A stretch of 64,000 nucleotides of DNA from Chrysomallon squamiferum (lineage: Eukaryota; Animalia; Mollusca), in the NCBI GenBank assembly GCA_012295275.1, contig CM022668.1, positions 930,001 through 994,000 on the forward strand, written 5' to 3'. A program made the translations under genes and the position numbers. Shown piece by piece: positions 25,701-39,200 of this stretch. Within the stretch, counting starts at the first letter, position 1, and the number at the start of each line of letters is the position of its first letter. The notes beneath the pieces were generated by a model. That model ran no database searches. It was not told the DNA's origin and saw only the letters and a program-made list of their open reading frames with translations.

Positions 25701-28700
25701 GTGCCTCCTCTGTTTATTAGGGAGATTGATGATACTGATGCCAGAGTGGGCGATTCTGTCACCTTCAAATGTGAGGTGGATGGAGACCCTGAACCAAAAG
25801 TGACATGGTACTTCAACAGGAGGGAACTTTTTGTGAGTGGTTTTACTTAAAGATTCTCTGACTTTCTACAAAATTTACCATTTTTATTATATTTAAATTT
25901 ATCCGATTTAAAAAAAAAAAAATTTTATTATCTAATTATATTTATTTGATCAAAATAATTACATTTTAATGTGATATACCAAAAGGTACCTATATTTAAA
26001 CGCATTGTCTACTTCACATATGCACACATTGCATTTCAGTCTGCATCTGTTTTTCAGGAGTCCAAGCGACGTATTATCAGAAAAGAAGGAACAAAACATT
26101 CACTCACTTTGCGAGATGTGTATCCATCTAACGAGGGAGAATACATTGCCAAGGCTGTCAATGCTGCAGATGAGGCAGAAACCAAAGCCTGGTTGAGCGT
26201 GTATGAACCCAGAGACAAATCACCTTCTCCACTTATTTATGGGTACACACACACACATATATATATATATAGTTGATATTTGTATGTTTATGTATATATT
26301 GGGATGGAAAGATGAATCATTTTAGAACATGCAGTCTAGCTTTGAAAATTCAAACTTCAGTCTCTTCAACACTCTGCAGCAAGAAATTATTTTGAATGCA
26401 CCTTTACATAGACAGGGAAACATCTACATGGTCTCAATGAACCAGAGAGAATTTCAAAATCAGTTTATTATATAGAATGGAGCTGATAAAGAAATATATT
26501 GTTTAAAAAACAAATTTGGTATATTTTTATTTTTTTATCAAAGCATTTGTATTTTTAAAGTTTCATTATAGAACTAAAGAAAGAAGCACTTATATTTTAA
26601 ATAATTTCAAAATTATTAATGTTTTCTTATTCTGCAGACTTCGTCCAGAAGCAAAGAGGGAATATGGCTTCCCTCCTTCGTTTACTCGGAGACTTGCAGA
26701 TCTTCGAGTGCCTCCAGGAGAATCAGCACATTTTGAGTGTCGAACTATTGGAGTTCCTGAACCAGAGGTGGAATGGTACAAAGATGGGAAGTTAGTTACT
26801 GGAGATGATCACATTCAGATAGGTCGTGATGGCCCCTTGGTGTTTCTGAATATTGAAAAAGTGACCATGGATGACATGGGAGAATATCTGTGCACTATTT
26901 ATAATGATGCTGGAAAAGCAACAAATGCTGCAACATTAACTGTGAGAGGTAATTATAAGTCTCAGTAAGATCTCTTTTTTTGTCCATGAACCTTAAGTTT
27001 GAACTCAGTTATTTAAAGAATATAATGATAAAAATGTTTCAAGTAAAAATTGAGATCTCGCATTTCAAAATAAAGAATAAAAGCTATATAGGTAATATTC
27101 ATAACAACATGTTTGTTTTCTGAATCAAGTAAAAAAATAACTTAGCAGTAAACAAAATGCATTAAGCTGTTTATTTATAACATAAGGTAAACTTTGATAT
27201 AAATATTTTCACAAAACTGTCTAATGATTTCTAGATGATTGACTAAATCAGTAATTTAATTTCTTATCATGACAGCCAAAGAAAATTAATTACTTTTTAT
27301 TGTTATTAATTTTAACAAAAGAAAATAAGTTATCTCTTATTAATTTTCTAAGTTTTCTGTTCTTTATTTAATTCTAATTACAGCTGAGAAGAAGAGGGAG
27401 TTACCCAGGTACTCACCTGAAAGATATGCTGTTCCAGAATATGTACCTCTGCTTTCATTGCGAGATTTGGCTGAAGGTATATTAAACTTTTCTTCAGTGC
27501 AATATTTTGTCACATCAAGAAAATGCCTGTCAACTCAAAACATTAAATATTATTATATTTAAACTGAACTACTGTCATCAGTATTAATTTACATAAGACT
27601 AGAAATATCTGTAGAACTAGGTAAATAATATTATTTTTATCACTGAAAAAGTAAATAATATTTACCACTGGATTATAATAATATAATTTCAGATAAACTA
27701 CCTGTCATGCCAAATGATAAACCTGTTCTGTTAGAAATTCACAATGATTCAGTCAAACTGTCATGGCTGCCAGCCCACACTGCAGGTGTGGCAGATGACA
27801 CTGGGCCATGTTCCTACATCGTGGAGGCTCGTGAATTGCCTAGCAACCGCTGGACAAGGCTTGCCTCTGACCTTCAGAGCACAACATTCTTTGCACGGAA
27901 TCTGTCACCAGTCAGAGAATATGACTTCAGAATCAGAGCTGAGAACCGATTTGGATACAGTGAACCAACAATTGCAGCTACTCTTCCAAGAAGAGAAGGT
28001 TAGAAAGGAAAACTAAATTGTTTTTCAATATTTAAAGTTTACTTATAAATATATAGACTGGTCAGTTTGTTTATTGTTTTAATATTTTGTAAATGTCTGA
28101 CTCTGTATATCAAAAGTTGTGATGTATCTTATTTTGACTGACAAAAAGTGTATTTTAAAGATTAGTTGCATTTTGCCACTGGTAAATTGTAACATGTTTA
28201 CTCTGAAGTCTGTTAAACAGAAATAGTTCAAAGAAATGGTTCCAAATTGTTTTTTGAATCTTTCTAAATATTAATTTAAAATATTTTTAATTTCGCAGAA
28301 CCAAAGCCGAAATATTATGCAAGAGAAGAAGTTCTGGGTAAATAGTTTTTTATTTCAGAATGTTATTATGAATTAAATATGCTTTGTGATTATGAAAATT
28401 ATTCTTAATATTTCTTTTTGTTGTTTATAATTTTTTAATTTATTTTTTTAAATATAAATATGTTTATTTTCATTTTTATTTTTATCAAAATCATTATAAA
28501 ATATAATTAACTTTTTTTGGTGATATATATATTTCCAAACTGAAAACTATTTGACACTAAATTTGTAATTTTTCAGCTCCACCTCTGCTGCCATCTGCAA
28601 GTCCATACATAACTGATGTTAGTGAAGAATCTGTACGGTTGGCATGGAAACCACCTGACATGGGATATGACCGAGCTGACCTGCCTATTTCTTACCGTCT

Positions 28701-31700
28701 GGAAGCTCAGGTGTTACCAAAAGAGGAATGGGTGCCATTTTCTAGTCGAATCACAGAACCTAGTTATTATCTGTCAGATCTGGCATCTGACAGAGACTAC
28801 ATGTTTCGTGTGAGAGCAGAAAACAAATATGGCCTCAGTGAACCTACAAGACCATTATGGCTGCCTAGAGCAGAAAGTAGGCTATTATGCTATTATTTGA
28901 GATGACAAATCATTGAGATTGCCAAAATTAAATGTTGACTCTTACTGTAACTTTATATTATAATGTTTTAATTACTTTTAAATTACTGATAAGAATTTTA
29001 TCATTTATATTATCGACCCCACTTTGCATTAAAGCAGTAATTTGGGATTATGTATTATTTCATATTCAGGGAAATGTATTATTTATAATTTTCCATTTTC
29101 AAGCTTTTCCGGGTGTTCCCATCAGAAGACCACAAATAATTGAAATTGAACCACGATCAGTCAGGTTGTCATGGCAACGTGTTGACATTCCTGCATTTGA
29201 ACTTGATGAGGAGCCCCTGCTGTACATGGTGGAAATGCAGGAACCACCACGAGCAGACTGGAGACCTATTGCTCAGCATCTGCGCACACACGAGTATGTT
29301 GTGAGAGACCTGACACCTGGACAGGACTACAGGTTCCGTGTGCGCTCACAGACACCAGATGGAGAGATTGGTGAACCTTCACCTGCTGCCTCACTGTACA
29401 GAGCTTTAGGTGATTTTAGTTTTAGTTTTGTTTGCACTATACTGCTTGAGTAAATTTACATTTTTGTCTATCACACTTTATATATACGTTTAGATACTTT
29501 AAAACTACATATGAGAATTTTAGAAATAAATTTATAATTAAATAAATTGATTTAAAGAAAAGATATATATTCTTTATAATTTATATTATTTTAATAAAAC
29601 TAGAATGCGAATTATTTTAGCTCTATCAAGAGTTCCAGTTGATCAGCTTCAAGTGCATGAATATGAGCCAGAATACGAAACTGTTCGACTTTCGTGGAGA
29701 AAAGTTGAAATTCCTCCCTATGACATTGATGATGAGCCACTGACCTACATGATAGAGCAGTGTGAACCAGTTTCAGGGGATTGGAGGTCAATGGCATCTG
29801 GAGTTCCCATGACAACATATCGTATTCCAGGAATTAGTCCAGAAGAAGATTACCGATTCCGTGTACGTGCTGTCAGTCCGTATGGGATTAGTCCACCTTC
29901 TTATCCTGCCAGAATGTACAGGAGACAGAGTAAGGATTTATTAATGTTGGGATTTAAAGGACTGGGAAAGTTATGTTTAAAGTAGTCTTACTTTTTCATT
30001 TATAAATAAGTTATCAGCTGTTAATATATGTACTAACAGTGTCCCATAAACTACATATTTAGAATTGTTATAAACTAGCAATAATTTTTAAAGACATTTT
30101 AGTGTATTTTTTATAATGTGGTTTTATCTGATATTTTGTTCCTTTTACTTTTTTCATATATTTACTTGTGTACAAGTTTCACATTTTAAAAATGTTTTGG
30201 AAATATTAATTATTAAATTATTTTATAAATCATTTGTTGAAAGCAGATCCTTATTGCTCTCACATAGAAAGCAAAATTAAATTTAAGGAAAGTCAAAAAT
30301 AATATAAATAGTATATTACAATAGTATGAAACAATAGATTTTCTATGATATCAGATGTTACTAATAAAATGTTGTTCTGCTTTTGTTGTCCCAAAACAAA
30401 AATAATAAAATTGTTACTTTTTATATTTAATTATATTTTGACAATGAATTAAAAAAAAAAAACAGCCACATCTTTACAGTTTTAATTAATAATTTTGTCC
30501 TGTCATTAGCGCCTATGAGACCACTAGCTGAAAGTCTCCAGATTACTGATCTTCAGCCAGAAGCTGTCAGGTTGGCATGGCGACCATCTCGTGACTATTC
30601 TTCAGAATCTTTAAGGTATCGAATTGAAGCAATGGAACCTCCAAGTTTGGAATGGCGGCCTATGGCAAGGGACATAACTGATACCAGCTATCAACTGACT
30701 GGTCTGAGTCCTCATCGAGACTACTCATTCCGGGTCAGGGTTGGTGATGCAGAACCCACACCTCCTGTCACTGTGACTACATACCCAGGTACCTCTTTTA
30801 AAAGCACTTTTAAATAAAAATAAGGACTACAACAAATTATTAAAACTTTACAAGCCCAATGATTTCAGTAGATTGAGAATGTTCTCCACATCTCCTAAGT
30901 GGAAAGTTATAATACATTCCTCGATACACTAACAGAAATTAAAAAAAATTAAAAACTTTAACTAAATTGTTTAAATTATTCACTAACATAATTTTTGTAT
31001 AAAATTAGGTGTTAATATTACATTATTATCAAATACAATGTTTTAAAAATGTAAGTTTCTCTTTGTATTTATTTAAGTTCGGCCTAGACTCCCCGTTAGG
31101 GAGCCTATCCTATCAGACATTGAACCAACTTCTCTACAGTTGTCATGGCGACCAGCAGAATTCCCATTCTATACAAGACAGCACATACCAATCCTGTACA
31201 GCATTGAACGTCAAGAGTTACCTGACACTGATTGGGTGACTATTGCACGACGTTTACCAAAGTCAACTTACCTGGTGACTGACCTCCGACCTGATCGTGA
31301 CTACAGATTCCGTGTTCGCCCAGAAACTGAGTACGGAGCAGGTGAATACAGTTTACCTGTGCAGCTGTACAGAAGACAGGGTTAGTAATATATTATTTTA
31401 CTGTTTGTTTAATTTTCTTTTTTGTTTCTAGTATTATTATTTAAAATACCTTTGCAAATGTATACCTATACAATTGGCCTAAATACATTTTGTAGAAATC
31501 CAAATTTTTATTTCTGTTTATAACCAGTTTTTCATACTAATAAAGTATTAACAGTAAAATAACCAGTACTGAGGTTGCCACCTTTCCTTTTTTATTGTAT
31601 TAAAGTTTCATCAATTGAAATGTATAAAAAATTCTTGATAGCAGCTAAAGTCATAAATGAATATATATATATATGTTTAATTATAGTTTTACATTTGTCT

Positions 31701-33220
31701 ATACAAATTCAAGAGACATTAAAAGGGAGAAATTTAGCATCTTTGCATTTTCATTTTATTATTACAAACAAAATGGTTACAACAAACAAGTATGTAAGTT
31801 ATTTGCATAAATTATGAGCAAAGGTACAATTAACATTCTTTTTAATGTTTTTTCTTTTTTTTTTTTCTTCTTTTTTTTAATGTTGTTTTTTTGCCATGAT
31901 TTATAGTTTGATATTTAAATTCAGTTTTTGAAAATATTTGATACTTACTGGGTTCTCAAAAAAATGTAATAACAGCTTATTTTAAAATATCTTTGTTTAA
32001 AATGATTCTTTCAGTTTTGACCATACCTCCAAAGGAACCAGTCATCTCAGATGTTACATCAGACTCTATCATGTTGTCATGGTTACCAGCAAGAGTTCCA
32101 CAGAGTGTCACAGCACCTGTCACATACAGGATTGAAAGAAGGGAGCCCCCCAGTGGTCTTTGGACAATTGTGGCAACCCACTTACCATCTACTAACTATC
32201 CAATCAAATTCCTTAACCCAGATCAAGATTACCTCTTCAGAGTGGTTGCAGTGTGTGACGGCACTGAGAGTGAACCAACACCAGGAGCTTATCTGCCTCA
32301 CAGATCAGGTTTCTTATCTTTTTTATGTAACATAATTCTCTGTTGTTAAGCCCAGTTAGAAATTATTGTTCAGGATAGCATGTTTCTGTTCATCAGGACA
32401 GTTTATTTCTTTCGTTTCTTCTTCTTTTTTTCTTTTTTTTTTGAGATGAAATTGAAAGGTAAAATATATGTGTTTTTATAATAAATAATTGACTTGTTTC
32501 ACATTAATACAGAATATATTACAATATTACATTGTTATGGGTTTTTATATATGCCATTGTTAGTTATTACAAAACCTTTTTCTTTTTGGATTTAAATATT
32601 TTACTCAGATAATTTGTGTCAACAACTGTGAATTTAAATAGCAAAATTCAAGTACAGCTACATAATTCTGTAATTTTAGTTTCATTTTTTTCAGTATATA
32701 TGTTATATAAGTGTGTGTATGTGTGCATGTGCGTGTGTGTGTTTGTGTGTGTGTGTTACACTGAAACCAGTCATTATACAAAAGGACTGAAAAGTTATCA
32801 GTAATAACCCACCACTCAAGTTCATGGCCAGCAAGAATTCTTTTTTCTTCCCCTCAGAATGCAGTTTTTGCATGTGTCAACCATAAGCAACACAAAACCT
32901 ACCATTAGTTAAAACATCTCTAGGTGATAATTAAACCAGATTAAATTTTAAAAATATTCTAGCATTAAATATCAACTGAATTGTATATTTATTACAGAGA
33001 TATATACTAGAATTTATCACCAGATTGCTAGTAGATTTGCACTAACACAATGAAGTACACATTGATAGCACATAGAAAAAATGTCTGCTCTTTGTTCCGC
33101 TATCAGCTGCTGTGTTTTAAGATCTTCTAGCCTAGTGAAATATGAATTTTGGAAATAATATTTCATGCTTTGTATAAAGCTCAAGGTTAAAATTATCTTC
33201 TTACTGGCTGCAACAGGAGA

Positions 33221-33259
<39 letters not shown>

Positions 33260-36200
33260 ATGTTCATGTATTATTATATATGTATGTACGGAGAGAGAGA
33301 GAGATAAATAGGTAGATGCTAGGTTTTAAATATTACTCTTCTATGATTTGTTTATTGTAAACATCATCTGAAAAGGAATCAATTTGTAATTAAATTCTAC
33401 ATTCAGGACCACCAAGAATGCCCAGTGAAATGCCATATGTGACAGACTTACAACCTGATTCACTGATCCTGTCATGGAGAAATGTTGAACTGCCATCACG
33501 AATCACTGACTACTCGCCATGTACCTATCGTATTGAAGTTCTTGAGGGTCCTGTTGATGACTGGCACATTTTAACTCGTGGTGTACACCGCACTCAATAC
33601 CAGGTGTCAGGACTAGTTCCGGAACGGGAATACAGGTTCCGAGTTCGAGCTGAAAATAAATACGGACTTAGCAGACCAACAGAGCCAGTGACTATCAGGA
33701 GGAGAGCTGGTGAGAAGTTGTTTTATTTCCATTTGCAGTTTATAAATATTTCCTTATTTAAGAACTTAGGTGTGACTTTTAAAAAATAAAATTGTTAATT
33801 ATCTGACTTTTGAAAATTAACATTCACATCAGTGATAACTGAATGTGCAATCAATATTTGCAATGATTAAACTATTTTAAACTCTTAAAAATCTTTAAAT
33901 TGAAACAGTTTTGTCTTTCCTGTACCTGTTATGCCTGAATAGGACTGAATTATAAGAGAATCTCTGATGTATTTCATCATGGTTCATCTGTGAGACAATT
34001 TTCTTTTAGACAGCAAATCCATATCTATGTTTGCTGTTAACCTTTTTTTTTTTCTTAGCTGCACCTGTTCTCTACAATGAAGAACCCATTGTCTCTGATG
34101 TCTTTCCTGGATCAGTTAGGTTGTCATGGCGACCAGCAGAAGTACCATCTTGTGTCTATGGATCACCAGTCACTTACACAATCTACATACAGGAACATCC
34201 TGACTCAACATGGCAGCCATATATTCGACGAATTCCATACAACAGCTACAGCATTGTGGGTCTACTGCCTCGACAAACTTATTCCTTCCGCATTGAAGCT
34301 GAAAATGAATATGGAACCAGTCGACCAAGCTTGCCTGTTACACTTCCACGACTGCCAGGCAAGTTAAAGAAGAATTTAAAAATTCTACATCTCTAGAACA
34401 CACTGAGTAGTATTGTAATATAATTCCTGTTTAAATTATTGTCTCACACTGTATATTTTATTCTGCTATGTGTGCTTTTGGTTTGTGTGAATGTGTATAT
34501 ATGTATTTTGTTAGTGATTTAACAGTTTTAAACATGAATTTGTATAATGATGATTTAAGAGAAGAAACACGGTGCTACTATATCACTTGCTTTTCTTATT
34601 ATTCTTTTCAATTTCAGCTAATTTCAAATTTTTATTATTCTTTTCAATTTCAGCTAATTTCAAATTTTTATTAAATCTTTTTTAATTCCAGATTTTCATG
34701 AACCAATGGATTATCCTGTCTTTGAAGATATTGAAGATTCTGCTGTAAAGTTGTCATGGCAACGACCCCTGAAATCTTCCACTGAAAGAAAACAAGTTAC
34801 CTATGCTGTTGAGACTTATCGTCCTGCTGAGCGAAAATGGGAACCACTAGTCAGTCACCTGCATGAGCCATCATACAGAATCAAAGACCTTGATCACTAC
34901 CAAGAAAACATATTTCGACTGAGAGCTGAAACAGATCATGGACAACAGGAAGTTTCTCTGCCGATTTCCTATTCAAGAAGAAGAGGTAATGAAATGTCAT
35001 AGTTCCTGTGCTCCATTTGGGCTATTTCCTGTTCCAGATACAATGTTTTATAAAACCTGATAGTGCTTTGCCAACAAAGAAATTGTTGATTTAAAATATC
35101 CCAGTCAAGCTTAGTCATTTGTTGCTTTTAAAAGATTCCTTATCACTAAAACAAAAAGTGTAGCAAGTTTCCTTTCTCATCTAAATCGTCCTGAACCATT
35201 TGTTAATATTATGTAAATTAAAAATAAGCTGTGTCATTAAATTAATAATTGAGACTTGGTGAACAGAGAATAAATCAAGCATTAAGTGTGTGAACATTTG
35301 GTAACAAAGCAATACGTATGGGCCAGCACTTGTCCTCAGAGCTTTTTGTATTTGAATTCTGTAATATTCTTATGCCCTTCATTTGCTTATTCAGTTCTTC
35401 CTCATGTGCCTGTTGAAAGACCAGAAATTTATGACATACAGCCAGATTCAGTCAAAGTGTCATGGCGTCCTGTCTACTTTGCTAATGAACCTCTACCAGC
35501 TGAATACTGTTTGGAGGCAAGAGAATTACCCAATAGAAACTGGCGAACTCTGGTGCACAGTACCACAGACCTCAGCTATGAAGTTCAGGGTCTAAAACCT
35601 AGAAGTAACTATGCATTTCGCGTCAGGTCAGTTCAGAGGGATGGAATACTGAGTGAACCATCAACTCCTGTGTACTTGTATAGGTCTGCAGGTTAGCATA
35701 AAACCTCTTTACAAACCTCTTATTTCTAATTCTATATTATAATTGTGTTCAGAAAGACAAAGCCAGCATTTCAACATATTTTTTTTAGTTATACTCAGCA
35801 ACAATCTTTAATAATGTTATCAGAAGAATTTTAATTTGAATTGTATTTAAGATTATATTGTGATTTGATTGTTATTGGTGCATCAGTTAATTATCTCTTT
35901 CATATTTCCCATCGAACATTTTTGTTCATAACTTAAATACTTCAACCAAGTCTATAGAAGTTTGTTTATCCTGTTTAAAATTAAAGCATTGTGAAACTGA
36001 TCATCTCTGGCAAGTTATGTCCACATATTAATGTATCATTGAGGTTCACTTATTGCTAACAATGGATCAAGGAAACTGTGGAGACATAATAATCTGATTT
36101 TCTATATCCTAGCATATAACTAATAATGCTGCTCTTTTAATCAGTGATCCCACGTGTTCCTGTGACTCCACCTGAGATTGAGGATGTTGATGACAGTACA

Positions 36201-39200
36201 GTTTGTCTCAGATGGAAACGTGTTGATATCCCTTCATTTGATTATGATGAGGAGGATCTGACATTTATGATAGAAGGTCAACAATATCCTGACTACACTT
36301 GGCGCCCTCTGGCAAGGGGGATAACTGGAAGTTCACATAAATTGACAGGCCTGCAACCCGACTACAACTATTTGTTTAGAATGAGAGGAGAGTCACAGTA
36401 TGGGCTGACACATCCAACACCAGAAGTACCACTGTACCGCAAACCTAGTAAGTACTTATTATCAAATATAAACTGATATAATTTTTGAATACTTAAGATT
36501 AGTTGTTTTTGCTGTGATAGTTCTACAATTAAAGAAATAAAAATTAAAACATCACAAATATTTTAGTGATTAATTTTAAAATGTGCTGTTTTCTTCAAAA
36601 TTAATAAAAATACAAACATATAAATATATAGACTGGTCAGTTTGTTTATTGTTTTATTTTTTGTAACAGGTAAATTGTAGCATGTTTTCTCTGAAGTCTG
36701 TTAAACTGAAATAGTTCAAAGAAATGATTCAAAATATTTGTTAAAATCCTTTTATTTCTAAGCTGGGTAATTTAGAAGTTATTTGAATTCTTTCTAAATG
36801 TGGTTTCATCTGAAACAATTTTTTATTTCATTATTTAAGTATGATATTTCATTATTTAAGTATGATACAGATATATTTCACACAGTCAGGATGTTATTAA
36901 ACGATAAACTCAACAAAAACAGAAAAGAGTGTATATATACATGTGTGTGTGAGAAGGGTGTAAAATGTTTAATATTATTTTATTTTTAAATTTATTATTA
37001 AACTTAATCAATATTAAAAATTGTTTCTTTTTTTCCGACAGTCTATCCAGGTGTTCCAATTGTGTCTCCAACAGTGGAAGATGATGAGCCTTACACAGCA
37101 CGACTCAGATGGAAACCAGCATACATCCGTCCATATGTCCCAACCTCTGATGTCACCTATCTAATAGAAATGCAGGAGCCCCCTCATCATCACTGGAGGC
37201 CAGTGGCACAGGATGTTACAACCACAGATTATCAGATTAGAGAGCTCAGTCCAAGGAAGGATTATCTGTTTCGAATTCGAGCAAAATCTCCTGCTGGAGA
37301 CATTAGTGAACCTACACCTCCTATTCCTTACTACAAATACCACTGTATGTGTATTATCTGTTTTCTTTCCTATTCATCTACAAACATCACTACTTAGTCT
37401 GATTTGTATTCCCTATTCCTAACTATAAATATCAATGTATATTTATTATTCATTTACTTACTTCATTTCTATAATCTCCTATATATATATTTATTTTTTT
37501 ATTTATGTATTTAATTGTTGTTGTTTTTATTTTTTTGTTTTTTTTTTTAATAACTTTATTAATTGTTTTTCAGTGACTAAGTATGAACCAAGGCCAGTAT
37601 ATCAGGGTCGTCCAATAGTTGAAGATTATTCTGTACCCAACAGACCATACATTGACAGTCTTACAATCAAAAGTAAGTTTTATTGTATATGATGTAAATT
37701 TTCCTTGAGTTCCAGTGAAATGCAGAAAAAAAATTGGAAAAATTACCTTTTAATAATTTTTACTGTTCAAAACATTTGATATACAAGAAGACTTTAATAA
37801 AACAATATTTCATTTTAAATTAATATTGAAATCTCATCGCTGTTTCCACTGATAATGTGTATACATTTTAAATCTGTTTAGAATACAGTTAAAAAAATAA
37901 TTAATATTTAAAAATAAAATTCAAGTTCCACCAAGGATGCCTATTGAGAAGCCTCAGCTGTATGAGGAGAGTGCAGAAAGTGTTCGGCTGACGTGGAATG
38001 CTGCACGTGTTCCAGCTGTAACTGCACAGATGACAAGAACAACGTACAAAGTGGAGGTGAGACCACAGGACTGTTTTGACTGGAGAGAGGTCACCTCTGG
38101 TATTGTGGGTCAGAGTTACTCAATCAAGGATCTCAACCCATACATAGATTATGCATTCCGAGTTCGAGCTTGCAATGACTTTGGTTACAGTGAGCCAACC
38201 CTCCCTGTCTTCCTCAACAGACCACTTGGTGAGTAAGAATGATGTTTAAAACTCACTTGGTGAGTAAGCATTCTGTTTAAAACTCACCAGTTCAGCTATT
38301 TAACTACTAATTATAAAACTAATCTCAAGAATCATTAGTTGTCAGATAATATGTTTAAGTAATATTTTAAAAACTATAAAAAAAAATTTAATAAATAAGT
38401 TAAGATATTTTTTAATAATTAATTTGTAAATCCACAAGGAACATCTGAATCAGTTAAGCAGTACTAAAAAAATATGATTTTCCAAAATTTTTACATGTTT
38501 CTAATGACATTGTACTAGTATCAATACTATATTAATGAAAAAGTTATTTTTTAACACATTATTTTTATTTTTTTCAATATTTTGTTGAAGAGTTCCGACA
38601 AGAAGAGGAGGAATGGGACCCTGATTTTGGAATTCATGTTGCAGAAAGAGGTGAACAGTTTTAATTACTTTCATAAATATTATCTTTGATGTTGTAATCT
38701 GTTTTACAAATATTTTATTAATTTCTCTATTTTATGATAACTGTTTTTATCTTAAATCATATTTTGACACAACATAGTGATTATTGTTATAATACTGAAT
38801 ATTTTGATAAAATATAATAATAATTATTATTATCTGGAAGAAGTAATAACTTTACAAATAAATTAATCTAACTTTATTTCTAATAAAAACTGGCTTGTTA
38901 AACAAAAAATTACTGTATAAAACTTTAGAAAGTACAGGTATCCCTTGTTTAAGTTAGTTTTGCTTTGTGCAATACTTCATTAATGCCACAGTATTAGGAT
39001 TGTCAGAACAAATAGTGTGCTACTTGCAGAATTCATGGAGAAAAAAGAAATCTAAAGCTATGCAAACTCTTAATAAACTTTTAATTAGAAGTCATAAAAA
39101 TTGATGAAACTTTTATTGTGTATTTATTAAACATTTTCCTTTTTCCTTTTTTTTTCTCCTAATAAAATAAGCATATTAATTATATTTTAGGTATATTGAG

